The notes beneath the pieces were generated by a model that worked only from the letters and a program-made list of their open reading frames with translations, did not search any database and was not told the origin of the DNA. From a virus (taxonomy: Duplodnaviria; Caudoviricetes), in IMG/VR virus record IMGVR_UViG_3300017722_000987, positions 1 through 26,239 of that record: 26,239 bases of DNA. One strand, given 5' to 3'. Made by a program: the position numbers and the translations under genes. Positions 14,901 through 23,110 of this stretch are shown piece after piece (the stretch's first letter is position 1; the number at the start of each line of letters is the position of its first letter).

Positions 14901-17316
14901 CAGCAATAACATCACGCAGATGGCATTCGTGCTCGGCGGCACGACTGGCCTGTTTATTGGCCTTGGGGCCGTGATTGCGGGTCAGGCCGCTGTGGGGCTT
15001 TACAAGTGGATCAACGGCGGCCGAACAGCCGAAGACCAGAACAAGGCGCTCAACGATTCGCTTGCGAGACAGAAGAGCTTAGTCGAAGAACTCGCTCAAG
15101 CGTTCAAGTCGCTCGGCGACTCAATGTCCGAAGGAACTTTCTCGGACGTTGGCAAGAAGACATCCGAGTTCAACCGTCAGATGACGGACATCAAGAAGAA
15201 GCAGACGGACTCCAGAAAGGAGCGTGTGTCATTTCTTGACCCCGACGTTCAGCGTGAGCGTGGCGAGCAGAACCGCTTGACCAGGGAGATGGAACAGACC
15301 ACTGACCCCGGCTTGCGAGCAGCCCAGGCCGCATCTCTCCGCGAATCGAAGGATAGGGAGAAGCGGGCGATGGATGCCGCCGCAGCGAGAGCTGCCGCGG
15401 GCGCGACCCCGGACGACATCCGTAGTGTTGCTGGCAGCACGATCCGCGAGACAGAGTTCCTTGAGGGTGGGAAGCGAACCCGCCGAAGCAGGGAGCAGGC
15501 CGAGCTTCGTCGGCAGAAACTCGAGAATGATGTTGCTGCGGCCGGCGGCGACCCGATGGAGATGGCGAAGGTTCTTGAGCAACGGATCGCCGAGCGAAAG
15601 CCGACGGCAGAGAAGCCCATTGGGGCGGCTAATTTCGAGGAAGGCCCGGAAATCATGCGGGCAAGAGAGGACGTCCTCCAGTTGGAGCGCCTCCTCGCAT
15701 CGCTGCAAGACCCAATCCGAGCAGCCATCGATCTTGCCGCCAACGAGATTGCCGAAGCATCTCGAGGCCCAGCCGAAGACATTCGCAATGCCCAGAACGA
15801 GGTCGCTGAAGCGATAAAGGCGGGGCTCCCAGGAGCGAGGATGTTTGGCCTTGCGCTGGACAAGAACGCCCAGGCTCTTGAGGACGCTTACCGCGATCTT
15901 GAGAAGGCTGCCGAAGAAGACGACCCGAAGAAAAAGCAGCCGCTTGTGGACGCGGCGAGGGCCAGGGTAGACGACCTAGAGGCCAAGCGTGCCGCTATGC
16001 GGGCGCAGGCCGACGCCTATCGGTACGAAAGGGTTGTTGACCCGCAGCGGCAAGTTGATGCACGAATGGAGCGAGCCAAGAGCAACCTGGGTGACGCTGG
16101 CCTTGAGGGCGGGCAGATCGCTCGCAGGATGCGTGAGATCGAAAACCGGCGGGAGACGATAAGCCAGCAGGCGGCGATGTCGGAGAATCAGAATCCGATT
16201 ATGCAGGGCTTCTTCGAGGGCCAGCAGGCCGCTCTCAACGCCGAAGTCGCCGCCATCGAAGCATCGACGATTGCCTTGAAGATGTTCTCCGACGCATTGA
16301 ACAGGGCGTCAGAGGAGGCCAAGAGCAACCTTAACTCGGCCCAGAGCGCTGCCGACGAGGCTCGGCGAGAAGACCTGGGCAACAGCACGCCAGAGTCCCA
16401 AGCCGAACGCAGGGGGGCCGCCGCCGACCTTGAGCGACAGCGAGAGCTTGAGAAGGAAGCCCAGCGTGAGCTGGCGAACCAGCGCGCCAGGGAAGAGGAG
16501 ATCAAACGCGGGCCTGAGTTCCAGCGGATGCAGCAGATCGACGAGCAACTGGAGAGCGGGTCGCTGTCGGCGGCGGAGCAGGAACAACTGCGGGCCGAGC
16601 GGGCTGGCCTTGAGGCCAAAGTCGAGCCGCAGCTTCAGGCAGGCCGCGAGCGAGCAGAGAAGGCCGTTGAGGCTAGCACGCGGGAGGAAGAAGAGCGGAA
16701 GTCGGCTGCCCGCGGTCGGGAACTGCGTAAGACGCCCGAAGAGAAGTTCGCCAAGGAAACAGAGCAGGGGCTGAAGGACATCCGCGAGGCGTTTGGCCGG
16801 GAAGCGGAGAACAACGGCGGCATCGTTGATGCAGCCGGCAGGGCAGAAGCGGAACGCCGATACAATGAAGACCGCGAGAAGGAGGCCCGCACAGCCACTA
16901 TGGCTGGCCGAGGCCGAGAGGCGTTTATGACCGACCGCGAGCGGTTCTCCCGCGACTCGCGAGAAGGCATCGTCAAGGACATGACAGCAGGGGCCATCGA
17001 CCAAGCTGGCCTTATGAACGTGCAGGGCCGCCGTGCTCTTCTGGAGAAGGGGATCAAGAACCAGATGGAGCAAGTGGCCCCAATGCTCGCCAGCTTTGAT
17101 GAGGAACGGCAGACCGCCAGACTCCAAGGCCCGTCTCGAGCCGCTCTCCAGATGACCGACGTTTCGACGAGTCAGGGTGCCAGCGAACTTACCCGACTTC
17201 TTCGCGGCGACGATTCGGCGAAGGACGTGAACCTCGCCGAGCTACGAAAGCAAACATCAAAGTTCGATGACCTCATTCAGGCAGTAAGGGACGCCAACCC
17301 AGGCGTCCTGCTGTAA
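11992..17316 (+). CDS. Tail tape measure protein (1774 aa)
   Basis: Longest ORF, follows G/GT, N-terminal LGKISAIVTANTADF, Ala/Glu/Arg-rich helical composition, central hydrophobic segment FVLGGTTGLFIGLGAVIAG. Confidence 0.92.
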   Translation: MSGYLGKISAIVTANTADFQAKLEGGGAAVRKFSREVQSNITKSMGDVEKSIQSIYTPLQRLEGSLKAAGSLKLSFQGFKGAIKDVEELKGRLGSLNSQQLKIVLDQSGLKSLKEVRSVLREVSNRDIRLFDAAGSLQALQKIQAGLNTARGQRKLAKLGIDESELDALIQKFRRFPRQRIEAVINVLGQDMLDASFTKARQLFSLSEQINKPLMAAVDSFGRLSREVQAGFIPALGAAQNEAQNLADDIKNACVIGQGRFDDVESSVQRVTVAIKQLSEASALVGSLKTGNELAFDQPGLNAALTRGVKFGNDAQSQMAVSGIARANSGDVSNALQRIMAESKRAEAILADLKSAEQLGLAGYANGLRKDLADVAAEINKVLDVAETKIDLQVTTTAAKAVVDQLGNKLKELQALADFSITGNFQDSQQTVSAIQEIIGMMDKLNAAQKTAMQPQINSLIDAARPDASTGVVDLAKFKSVYDVLKADIEAGTKLNLDTAAAQKAIDDFDAKIKNLEDDSNFAITAQVQNQAQAEAEIKKLIGRMSELDAAGRAAMQPTADAAISSLSAKDASGAPDIDAMRLAIDAFDQEFNAQRTLKLDTAAATKRLDTLDESWAASIRGLPETEKQIDDFFTKVLADIGKFEAADRLNFDPMIASIRQLIATGAPISSVADALLQLEDAQKKVNAAGKQGETVAKLSPGAVRTDLEQRLEAAKQRATNPMAMPGESIEDIGKEADVRLSLGKDIGDSARQLDVLKGGLTSVKDKVDRLPESVRSRFIPAIQDAEREFTDLATSASPLAADIERARQRLAQLTQDAGRADQALNFAESFGGAGRSGVNLGLDQRALKGYEGQLTALQTALGRTSAQARGPAVAAFNDLRNAISNAMEEGNLSMPATQQNIQRLTNVAVNATSQAGGGSVGSIQRDMQRAGDVGRGGFDKLSLGVNQAAFAIDDFMSSTGGWDQKLRAVSNNITQMAFVLGGTTGLFIGLGAVIAGQAAVGLYKWINGGRTAEDQNKALNDSLARQKSLVEELAQAFKSLGDSMSEGTFSDVGKKTSEFNRQMTDIKKKQTDSRKERVSFLDPDVQRERGEQNRLTREMEQTTDPGLRAAQAASLRESKDREKRAMDAAAARAAAGATPDDIRSVAGSTIRETEFLEGGKRTRRSREQAELRRQKLENDVAAAGGDPMEMAKVLEQRIAERKPTAEKPIGAANFEEGPEIMRAREDVLQLERLLASLQDPIRAAIDLAANEIAEASRGPAEDIRNAQNEVAEAIKAGLPGARMFGLALDKNAQALEDAYRDLEKAAEEDDPKKKQPLVDAARARVDDLEAKRAAMRAQADAYRYERVVDPQRQVDARMERAKSNLGDAGLEGGQIARRMREIENRRETISQQAAMSENQNPIMQGFFEGQQAALNAEVAAIEASTIALKMFSDALNRASEEAKSNLNSAQSAADEARREDLGNSTPESQAERRGAAADLERQRELEKEAQRELANQRAREEEIKRGPEFQRMQQIDEQLESGSLSAAEQEQLRAERAGLEAKVEPQLQAGRERAEKAVEASTREEEERKSAARGRELRKTPEEKFAKETEQGLKDIREAFGREAENNGGIVDAAGRAEAERRYNEDREKEARTATMAGRGREAFMTDRERFSRDSREGIVKDMTAGAIDQAGLMNVQGRRALLEKGIKNQMEQVAPMLASFDEERQTARLQGPSRAALQMTDVSTSQGASELTRLLRGDDSAKDVNLAELRKQTSKFDDLIQAVRDANPGVLL

Positions 17317-17319
17317 TCT

Positions 17320-18420
17320 ATGCCAAAAATGGTATCAGAACTCGCGCAGGGCAATGCTTTCGGACGAAGCTCCGACGGCGGCGGTGCCGCTGACAATGCC
17401 ACCCGCAAATTCAAGGTGCTCCTTAATTCGCCGAATGAAGCGTGGGACATTTTCGCCGCCATCGGCGTCAACATCGGAGACTTGTACAGCGCAAGCAACC
17501 CAATCCCTTGCGTAAGTGTTGAGGCCACTCACGACGGCGATAGCCGTGTGGTGTGCATAGTCACGGCACAGTACCGCAGCAGCGCAGGGGCAGCGCCGGG
17601 CGCGCCCGACCCCAAGTCGCAGCAGCCAGAAGTTCGTCCTGCGATGTATTCGATGTCAACGTCGTTGACTGAGATTGCGGCTTGGTCGGGAAAGAAGGTG
17701 ACGGGCGGGTCTTCTGCGGGGTGGGCACCAGCCGTCAATCCGGTTGGCGATATGTATGACGGAGTCACTCGGCTTGAGCCAGTCGTCACCATCAACATTG
17801 AGCAGTATTCCGTATCTGATCAAAGCAGCAAGCTTGGCTACACGGGCTATGTGAACAGCGATGTCTTTCAGTTCAGCGGACTCTCGATTGGCGTTCACTG
17901 CTGTATGCTTCAAAGCGTGGCGGCAAACCCAGTTGTCGAACAGTTCAACGGCCAGACTTTTCGCGGATTCAAGGTGACATTTGGGTTTGCAGTCCGATCA
18001 CATTGGGCATTGACATACGAAGGTTTTGAGCCGATTGGCTGGGATTTGGCTATTCCCCAGACCGGCATGAATATCAGAAACACTGGCTTCGGCAGGAACG
18101 ACGTTGACCAGAAGGCACTGACGCTTCAGCACAAAGAGGGCAAGGTAGAGACAAACCCAGCCACTGGAGACCCTGTCGGGCTTGCTACTGGAACAAACAA
18201 CGCAAAGATGCGAGGCAGCGTGGCGATTGCCGCGTTTGAAAGCGGCGGGTATGTGCAGCGACCGTGCGCCCAGCCGATTGCGCTGAACGACGACGGGACT
18301 CCTCGGAATGTGGATGTCTTCCCGAACGCCACGAAAGTCATTATCAATCGGGTATGCTTACAGCCGGAAATGGCATTCGGCAGTAACTTTTCCAACTTTG
18401 GCATTCGCTGGTACTCTTAA
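17320..18420 (+). CDS. Putative tail-tip/distal tail structural protein
   Basis: First gene after the tape measure, beta-rich; family not recognised. Confidence 0.6.
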   Translation: MPKMVSELAQGNAFGRSSDGGGAADNATRKFKVLLNSPNEAWDIFAAIGVNIGDLYSASNPIPCVSVEATHDGDSRVVCIVTAQYRSSAGAAPGAPDPKSQQPEVRPAMYSMSTSLTEIAAWSGKKVTGGSSAGWAPAVNPVGDMYDGVTRLEPVVTINIEQYSVSDQSSKLGYTGYVNSDVFQFSGLSIGVHCCMLQSVAANPVVEQFNGQTFRGFKVTFGFAVRSHWALTYEGFEPIGWDLAIPQTGMNIRNTGFGRNDVDQKALTLQHKEGKVETNPATGDPVGLATGTNNAKMRGSVAIAAFESGGYVQRPCAQPIALNDDGTPRNVDVFPNATKVIINRVCLQPEMAFGSNFSNFGIRWYS

Positions 18421-18426
18421 CCTACT

Positions 18427-18789
18427 ATGGCAGACAACGGACGCTACTTAGTCGGCGAAAGTCTTCGCGAAAAGCTGAAGAGCACAATCGCGAGGGTAGA
18501 TGCACTTGCCCCCGGTGCGCCGGTCACCCGTATTCCGACGATACTTGAAGACGGCGTAAGCTACACGCCGAAGACATTCCGAATCTGCACCTTCACGGGA
18601 ACTTGGTCGGTTGACACGAACAAGGAACTCACGTTCCGCAACGTGACAACCACGCCTAACACAGTAAGTGCAGTCAATCTTTTTGCCGACATTAAGGGCG
18701 GCACGTCCTCGGCGTGCATAACGAACTGCGCAATAGCCAAAGACGGCACTGAGTGGTATCTGATCGCCGCCGGCTGCCAGTGCGGGTGA
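18427..18789 (+). CDS. Hypothetical tail-tip protein ending in a CQCG motif
   Basis: Tightly packed ORF; C-terminal CAIAKDGTEWYLIAAGCQCG. Confidence 0.65.
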   Translation: MADNGRYLVGESLREKLKSTIARVDALAPGAPVTRIPTILEDGVSYTPKTFRICTFTGTWSVDTNKELTFRNVTTTPNTVSAVNLFADIKGGTSSACITNCAIAKDGTEWYLIAAGCQCG

Positions 18790-18793
18790 CAAT

Positions 18794-19822
18794 ATGCCTT
18801 TGATAATCGGACAAAAAGGCTCGTCTAGATGCTGCTGCGGCGACTGCCGTGGATTCCCCGCATTCGACGGCTCGCACAGGTTCTTTAAGTACGCGACTGT
18901 CTATGACTATGACTGCTGCCAGTTTGAGAGGTGCGTCGATGACGAAGGGCGAGACGGCAAGGTAAAGTTTGAGTCAACGGGCTGCGGCTACGGCATCGTT
19001 GTCGAGGCAACTGGCAACTACCTCAAAACATTTCGCAACGGTCAGTGCATCGACTGCAAGAGCTTGTATCCGCTTGACACGATCCGCGAAATGCTGCCGG
19101 GGCTGTTGAACAACCCGTACATACGGTGCAGCAATTTCTTCGCGACTGCCCCTGGCGTTGTCAATCCGACCAAGGCAACGGCCCTTTATGACGACAACTG
19201 CTGCAATGCTCTGGGAGACAAGATTTACTGGGAACTTACTGAAGAGATCACAGACGCAACGTGCGATAAGATGGGGGCGTGCTGCGGGTATCGCAGCTAT
19301 GGGGTCACCAACGGCGTCAACAACCCATCGGGTAACATCGACGACAAGACGACGTGCCGCATGTGCCACGAATGCGAGTGCGACACGGCGAAAGGCGAAG
19401 TGTGGCACGGCGAGGGCAGTTCGTGCGAGTCAAATCCATGCTGCTGCAAAGGGTTTCGGGCGTTCGACAATTCATTCAAATTTTATCGATACGCAAAATA
19501 CATCGACAACGACATTTGCTATTTCACGTCAGACAAAAACGACGGGTACTACGTCCTTGAATGGATTGGCGGGGTTTCAAAGGCAAACACGATGACGTGC
19601 GGAAACTATGGAGTAATAGTTGAGGTCGATGGCGGCCAGCAGAGATATAAAAAAGTAGGTGCGTGTGAGAGTGTCCCGTACAACGCTGGCAACGGCGCGC
19701 CAGCGAACTCCTCAACTTTTTGGTCGTTCGGCATCAGCGCCGCATGCGGAAACCCACTTGGAGACAAAGTAGGATGGATGCTTTACGACGAGATACCATG
19801 CTCGTTCAGCCCCCTGCCGTAG
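18794..19822 (+). CDS. Cys-rich protein with an internal duplication, putative tail-tip/receptor-binding component
   Basis: 29 Cys in 342 aa by hand count; two homologous modules running from CCC..GF.AFD.S..F..YA to C.N.LGDK..W.L..EI. Confidence 0.7.
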   Translation: MPLIIGQKGSSRCCCGDCRGFPAFDGSHRFFKYATVYDYDCCQFERCVDDEGRDGKVKFESTGCGYGIVVEATGNYLKTFRNGQCIDCKSLYPLDTIREMLPGLLNNPYIRCSNFFATAPGVVNPTKATALYDDNCCNALGDKIYWELTEEITDATCDKMGACCGYRSYGVTNGVNNPSGNIDDKTTCRMCHECECDTAKGEVWHGEGSSCESNPCCCKGFRAFDNSFKFYRYAKYIDNDICYFTSDKNDGYYVLEWIGGVSKANTMTCGNYGVIVEVDGGQQRYKKVGACESVPYNAGNGAPANSSTFWSFGISAACGNPLGDKVGWMLYDEIPCSFSPLP

Positions 19823-20274
19823 TCGTCTGCCACCGCTCGTACCTCGAGCAGAGGTGCGCAGAAAGAGGCTACACGCTTGAAGAGGTCATGCCGTGCGTTC
19901 TGTCACAGGAGGGAGACCACTGGGCGATTAATGTCGAAAGCCCGTTCTACCCAAGAGACAAGCACGCAGTTGAGTCACCGTTGGAGCCACCGGCAGAACA
20001 GCAAACCGTACAAATCGGCCCAGGCACGGAACTCAAGAAACTGCTGGCCGGCTGGCCTTTCTACATAACGTCTTCCCCAGACTGCTCATGTAACCGTGTC
20101 GCCCGCGAGATGGACATTTGGGGGGCAGAAGAGTGCGAGAAGCCGGAGCGTGTGGACTACATCCTCGCCGCTATGAGGCAGAACGCAGAGAAGCGAGGAA
20201 TCCCGTTCATCGATGCCGCTGGTCGGTTCTTGATTAAGCGTGCTATCAAGAATGCACGCAAGAACAAACATTGA
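19798..20274 (+). CDS. Hypothetical protein with Cys motifs
   Basis: ATG 19798 preferred over 19720 to limit overlap with the upstream gene; contains CHRSYLEQRC and GPGTELKKLL...CSCNR. Confidence 0.65.
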   Translation: MLVQPPAVVVCHRSYLEQRCAERGYTLEEVMPCVLSQEGDHWAINVESPFYPRDKHAVESPLEPPAEQQTVQIGPGTELKKLLAGWPFYITSSPDCSCNRVAREMDIWGAEECEKPERVDYILAAMRQNAEKRGIPFIDAAGRFLIKRAIKNARKNKH

Positions 20275-20299
20275 CCTCATAAGGCTACCCAGCCAGACT
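20271..20299 (+). promoter_or_regulatory. Putative promoter TTGACC-N17-CAGACT, probably leaderless for ORF 20307
   Basis: -35 at 20271-20276, -10 at 20294-20299, ATG 7 nt later (same offset as terS). Confidence 0.45.
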
Positions 20300-20306
20300 A
20301 AGACGC

Positions 20307-20534
20307 ATGGCAAAAGCACCGCCACCAAAAGACTTCGTCTTCTCGGACGACGACGACGACGAGGTCGAGGGCGGCGGCATTCCCGATGATCACGGCATGA
20401 TCTATTTGAAAGGGACGAATGGACTCGCTGACACAGGAAATACTGCAAAGCGCAAAGCCAACGCCGAAAAACCAAGGATGGTTCGACGGGCTGTCAAGCG
20501 ATCACCAAAACGCGATCCTCGAGGTTCGCAGTAA
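20307..20534 (+). CDS. Small hypothetical protein with acidic N-half and basic C-half
   Basis: Fills the gap after 20274 and starts at the predicted +1; overlaps the next ORF by 116 nt. Confidence 0.5.
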   Translation: MAKAPPPKDFVFSDDDDDEVEGGGIPDDHGMIYLKGTNGLADTGNTAKRKANAEKPRMVRRAVKRSPKRDPRGSQ

Positions 20535-20667
20535 GTGGAGGCAGACCGCCGAGACCAGCGGCGTCTCAGCCTCGCAGATGGCTCGCACGATTATCGCGAA
20601 GCTCGTTGACCGGGGGTACAAAATCAACGGCTATCGAAAGGTGCAAAGATGGCTGACGCAGGGCTGA
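20419..20667 (+). CDS. Small hypothetical helical protein, possibly HTH-like
   Basis: AGGGA upstream of ATG; SASQMARTII...GYRKVQRWL; overlaps the phosphoesterase start. Confidence 0.65.
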   Translation: MDSLTQEILQSAKPTPKNQGWFDGLSSDHQNAILEVRSKWRQTAETSGVSASQMARTIIAKLVDRGYKINGYRKVQRWLTQG

Positions 20668-21824
20668 CCGGCGACATCTTGTCGTCGGCGGCAGCGTCGG
20701 CCACGCCGAAGCCCGCCCCCGACGCCGAACAGGTGACGCAGCGGCGTGACGGCGAGGTGCTCGAGGCCCGCTCGACGAGTCGCCGCATCAAGACCGTCGA
20801 AGACCTCATCGCTCACATCGAAGCGGATATGACCCGCTATGAGATCGCCTCGTCTGAGGCGACATCGTGGCAAGTCGCGACCGCCGGCAGCGACGGCGAG
20901 CCGACGGTCACCGACCTCCACCGGGTATGGGTGAGACTCAAGCCGAAGGCGGGGCCGGGGATCAAAGAGGCCGTCGAGGCCATGATCGCGGCGGCCAATC
21001 TGCCCAGGACGAAGCACAAGCCGATTAAGCCCAAGGCCCGCGGCGACCTCTGGCAAGTGCTGGTGATCGCCGACTGTCATTTTGGGAAGTATGCCTGGGG
21101 GAAATCGACCGGCCACGACGACTACGATCTGTCCATTGCCGAGAGGATGGTTGGCGATGCCGGCCGGTCGCTAATTGAGATCGGCGACACCTACGCCCCC
21201 GCCCGCAGGACGATTCTGTTCCTCGGCGACCTCTTCAACGCCGACGGGCCGTCGGGGAACACGACCGCGGGGACGCCCCAGGACAACGACGGCCGACTCC
21301 AGAAGATGATCCAAGTGGGCTGCGACACGCTCCTGGGGATCGTCGAGCGTTCGTCGGACACGGCTCAGACGGACGTTGTCGTCGTGAACGGCAACCACGA
21401 CGAGACGCTCACATGGGCATGGCTGCGAATCCTCCAAGAGCGGTTCCGAAACAGCGAGCGGGTGAGTGTGTCTCAGAACTACACCCGCCGCCAGTATGTG
21501 ACCTACGGCAATAACTTGATAGGCGCGGCCCACGGCGACAAGGCGAAGAAACGCCTGCCGCAGCTTATGGCGATGGAGGCCGCCGCCGATTGGTCTCGGT
21601 GCTGGTATCGGGAGTTCCACACCGGCCACTACCACGCCCAAGCCGCCGAGCGGTCGATTGAGACAGCCGATTCGGTGGTTCTGCGAACGGCTCCGTCGAT
21701 CACCCCGCCCGACGAGTGGCACTCGGCCAGTGGCTATGTCTGCTCGAGGCAGTGTATGGAAACTTTTATCTACCTTCCCGAGGGCGGCCTGACCGCCATG
21801 CACATTGCAGGGCCATCAAAATGA
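20649..21824 (+). CDS. Calcineurin-like metallophosphoesterase
   Basis: All five family motifs are present: DCH, GDLFN, GNHD, HGD, GHYH. Confidence 0.9.
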   Translation: MADAGLTGDILSSAAASATPKPAPDAEQVTQRRDGEVLEARSTSRRIKTVEDLIAHIEADMTRYEIASSEATSWQVATAGSDGEPTVTDLHRVWVRLKPKAGPGIKEAVEAMIAAANLPRTKHKPIKPKARGDLWQVLVIADCHFGKYAWGKSTGHDDYDLSIAERMVGDAGRSLIEIGDTYAPARRTILFLGDLFNADGPSGNTTAGTPQDNDGRLQKMIQVGCDTLLGIVERSSDTAQTDVVVVNGNHDETLTWAWLRILQERFRNSERVSVSQNYTRRQYVTYGNNLIGAAHGDKAKKRLPQLMAMEAAADWSRCWYREFHTGHYHAQAAERSIETADSVVLRTAPSITPPDEWHSASGYVCSRQCMETFIYLPEGGLTAMHIAGPSK

Positions 21825-22372
21825 ACGCAAGACTAATCGGACTCTGCGGGCCGGCGGGAGCCGGGAAGAATACGGTCGCCGATTTCCTTACAGACTCGGA
21901 GCGGTGCTCATTCCACCAGGTGGCCTTCGCCGACCCGGTGTATGAGTGCATTTCTGTCGTCACGGGCATACCTGTGGCTGGACTTCAGAAGCGGGAAGTG
22001 AAAGAAGCGATTATCCCGTGGCTAGGCCAAAGCCCCCGGCAGATGCTCCAGACTCTCGGAACCGAGTGGGGCAGGAACACTGTCCACCAAGAAATCTGGG
22101 TTCGTAAGGCTATCCAGCGAGCTATCCCGCACCTCGCCGTGGGCCGCAGTGTCGTCATCACCGACGTGAGGTTCAATAACGAGGCGAAGGCCGTCATCGA
22201 TGCAGGCGGCGAGGTCTGGAAAGTCACCCGACCTGGGTGGCAGTGCCTGGACGCCGGCACGGCTGGGCACCAGAGCGAAGCCGGGATCAGCGAGCACTTG
22301 ATCGCCCGCACCATTGACAACTCTGGATCATTAGATGACCTCAGACGGCAACTCGTCGCTGCTACAATTTAG
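21821..22372 (+). CDS. Deoxynucleoside monophosphate kinase (phage dNMP kinase-like)
   Basis: P-loop GPAGAGKNT, AFADP, SPRQMLQTLGTEWGR, VITDVRFNNEA, HQSE, IDNSGS; ATG 21821 coupled by ATGA. Confidence 0.9.
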   Translation: MNARLIGLCGPAGAGKNTVADFLTDSERCSFHQVAFADPVYECISVVTGIPVAGLQKREVKEAIIPWLGQSPRQMLQTLGTEWGRNTVHQEIWVRKAIQRAIPHLAVGRSVVITDVRFNNEAKAVIDAGGEVWKVTRPGWQCLDAGTAGHQSEAGISEHLIARTIDNSGSLDDLRRQLVAATI

Positions 22373-22392
22373 ATAAGGCTACCGGCCTATCT
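22360..22392 (+). promoter_or_regulatory. Possible extended -10 element TGCTACAAT followed by a hairpin
   Basis: TGnTACAAT at 22360-22368; AGATAAGGC-TACCG-GCCTATCT at 22371-22392. Confidence 0.35.
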
Positions 22393-22417
22393 ATTGTGGT
22401 TTTCCGCGGAGTTCACG

Positions 22418-22732
22418 ATGAGCGACCCCCGTCCGTTGTCTTTCGTGGAGGCCGGGTTTCGGGTGGCCGAACGATTCGGCGTTCCTGTCCTGCTTCTGGC
22501 CGTCATGGTCTGGTTCTTGCGGGAAGCCGCAGTAACCCTCCACGGCACGGTGCTGGTGCCAATTGTGGAGTCGCACACCGAGTTCCTTGAGTCAACTCGA
22601 GAGACATTGGACGAAATGGGCAAAACCCAGTTGAAGCAGGCCGAGACGCTCCAGGCGATTGCCCAGGATCAGCACGAAATCAAGGCCGCTGTCGTCAAGC
22701 GAACGGGTTCGGCAGACTCGGCCAGCAACTGA
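22418..22732 (+). CDS. Single-TM plus coiled-coil membrane protein, holin-like
   Basis: Hydrophobic FGVPVLLLAVMVWFL followed by a heptad-like C-terminus; holin function is inferred. Confidence 0.55.
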   Translation: MSDPRPLSFVEAGFRVAERFGVPVLLLAVMVWFLREAAVTLHGTVLVPIVESHTEFLESTRETLDEMGKTQLKQAETLQAIAQDQHEIKAAVVKRTGSADSASN

Positions 22733-22744
22733 CGAGGTGATAAA

Positions 22745-23110
22745 ATCGCAGTCTTCAGCCAGCTTCCCGGCGTATTAGATGTAATCGCCGTAAACGGCGA
22801 CGAAGTAAATCTCGCCGTCACGCTCCAGACAAATATTACGGGCTATTCATTTGAGAGCTACATCTACCAAAGCGCGACGACCACTGCGGGCGGCGGCGCA
22901 GGCTCACTCTCAGGAATCGGCGCGACGGTGACGCAGCCAACCATTGGCATTTCTAACGCCACGACCGGGGCGATGATTATCGGCCTGTCCGAGAATCAGA
23001 CACGAATTCTTTCTCCTGGCAAGACATATCGCTGGTATCTCAGATGGATTTCGCCCACTGACATCACCCGGACGATCCTTAGTGGCAGCATAACGGCGGT
23101 AGCACCATGA
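22745..23110 (+). CDS. Small beta-sandwich fibre adaptor, paralogue of 25662-25985; apparent ATC start
   Basis: The frame is open from 22733. AVFSQLPGVLDV...NITGY aligns with NTFSVLPGTMNL...NLTGY of the paralogue. SD GAGGTGA at 22734-22740. Confidence 0.7.
   Translation: MAVFSQLPGVLDVIAVNGDEVNLAVTLQTNITGYSFESYIYQSATTTAGGGAGSLSGIGATVTQPTIGISNATTGAMIIGLSENQTRILSPGKTYRWYLRWISPTDITRTILSGSITAVAP

Noticed and set aside
168-17316. Gene transfer agent or contractile injection system
   Set aside because: No sheath or baseplate wedge genes are visible, and the very long tape measure, dNMP kinase and multiple fibres fit a siphophage better; free phage versus prophage cannot be decided from this window
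21716-21820. N-terminal extension of the kinase ORF
   Set aside because: It overlaps the phosphoesterase; ATG 21821 places the P-loop at the usual N-terminal position
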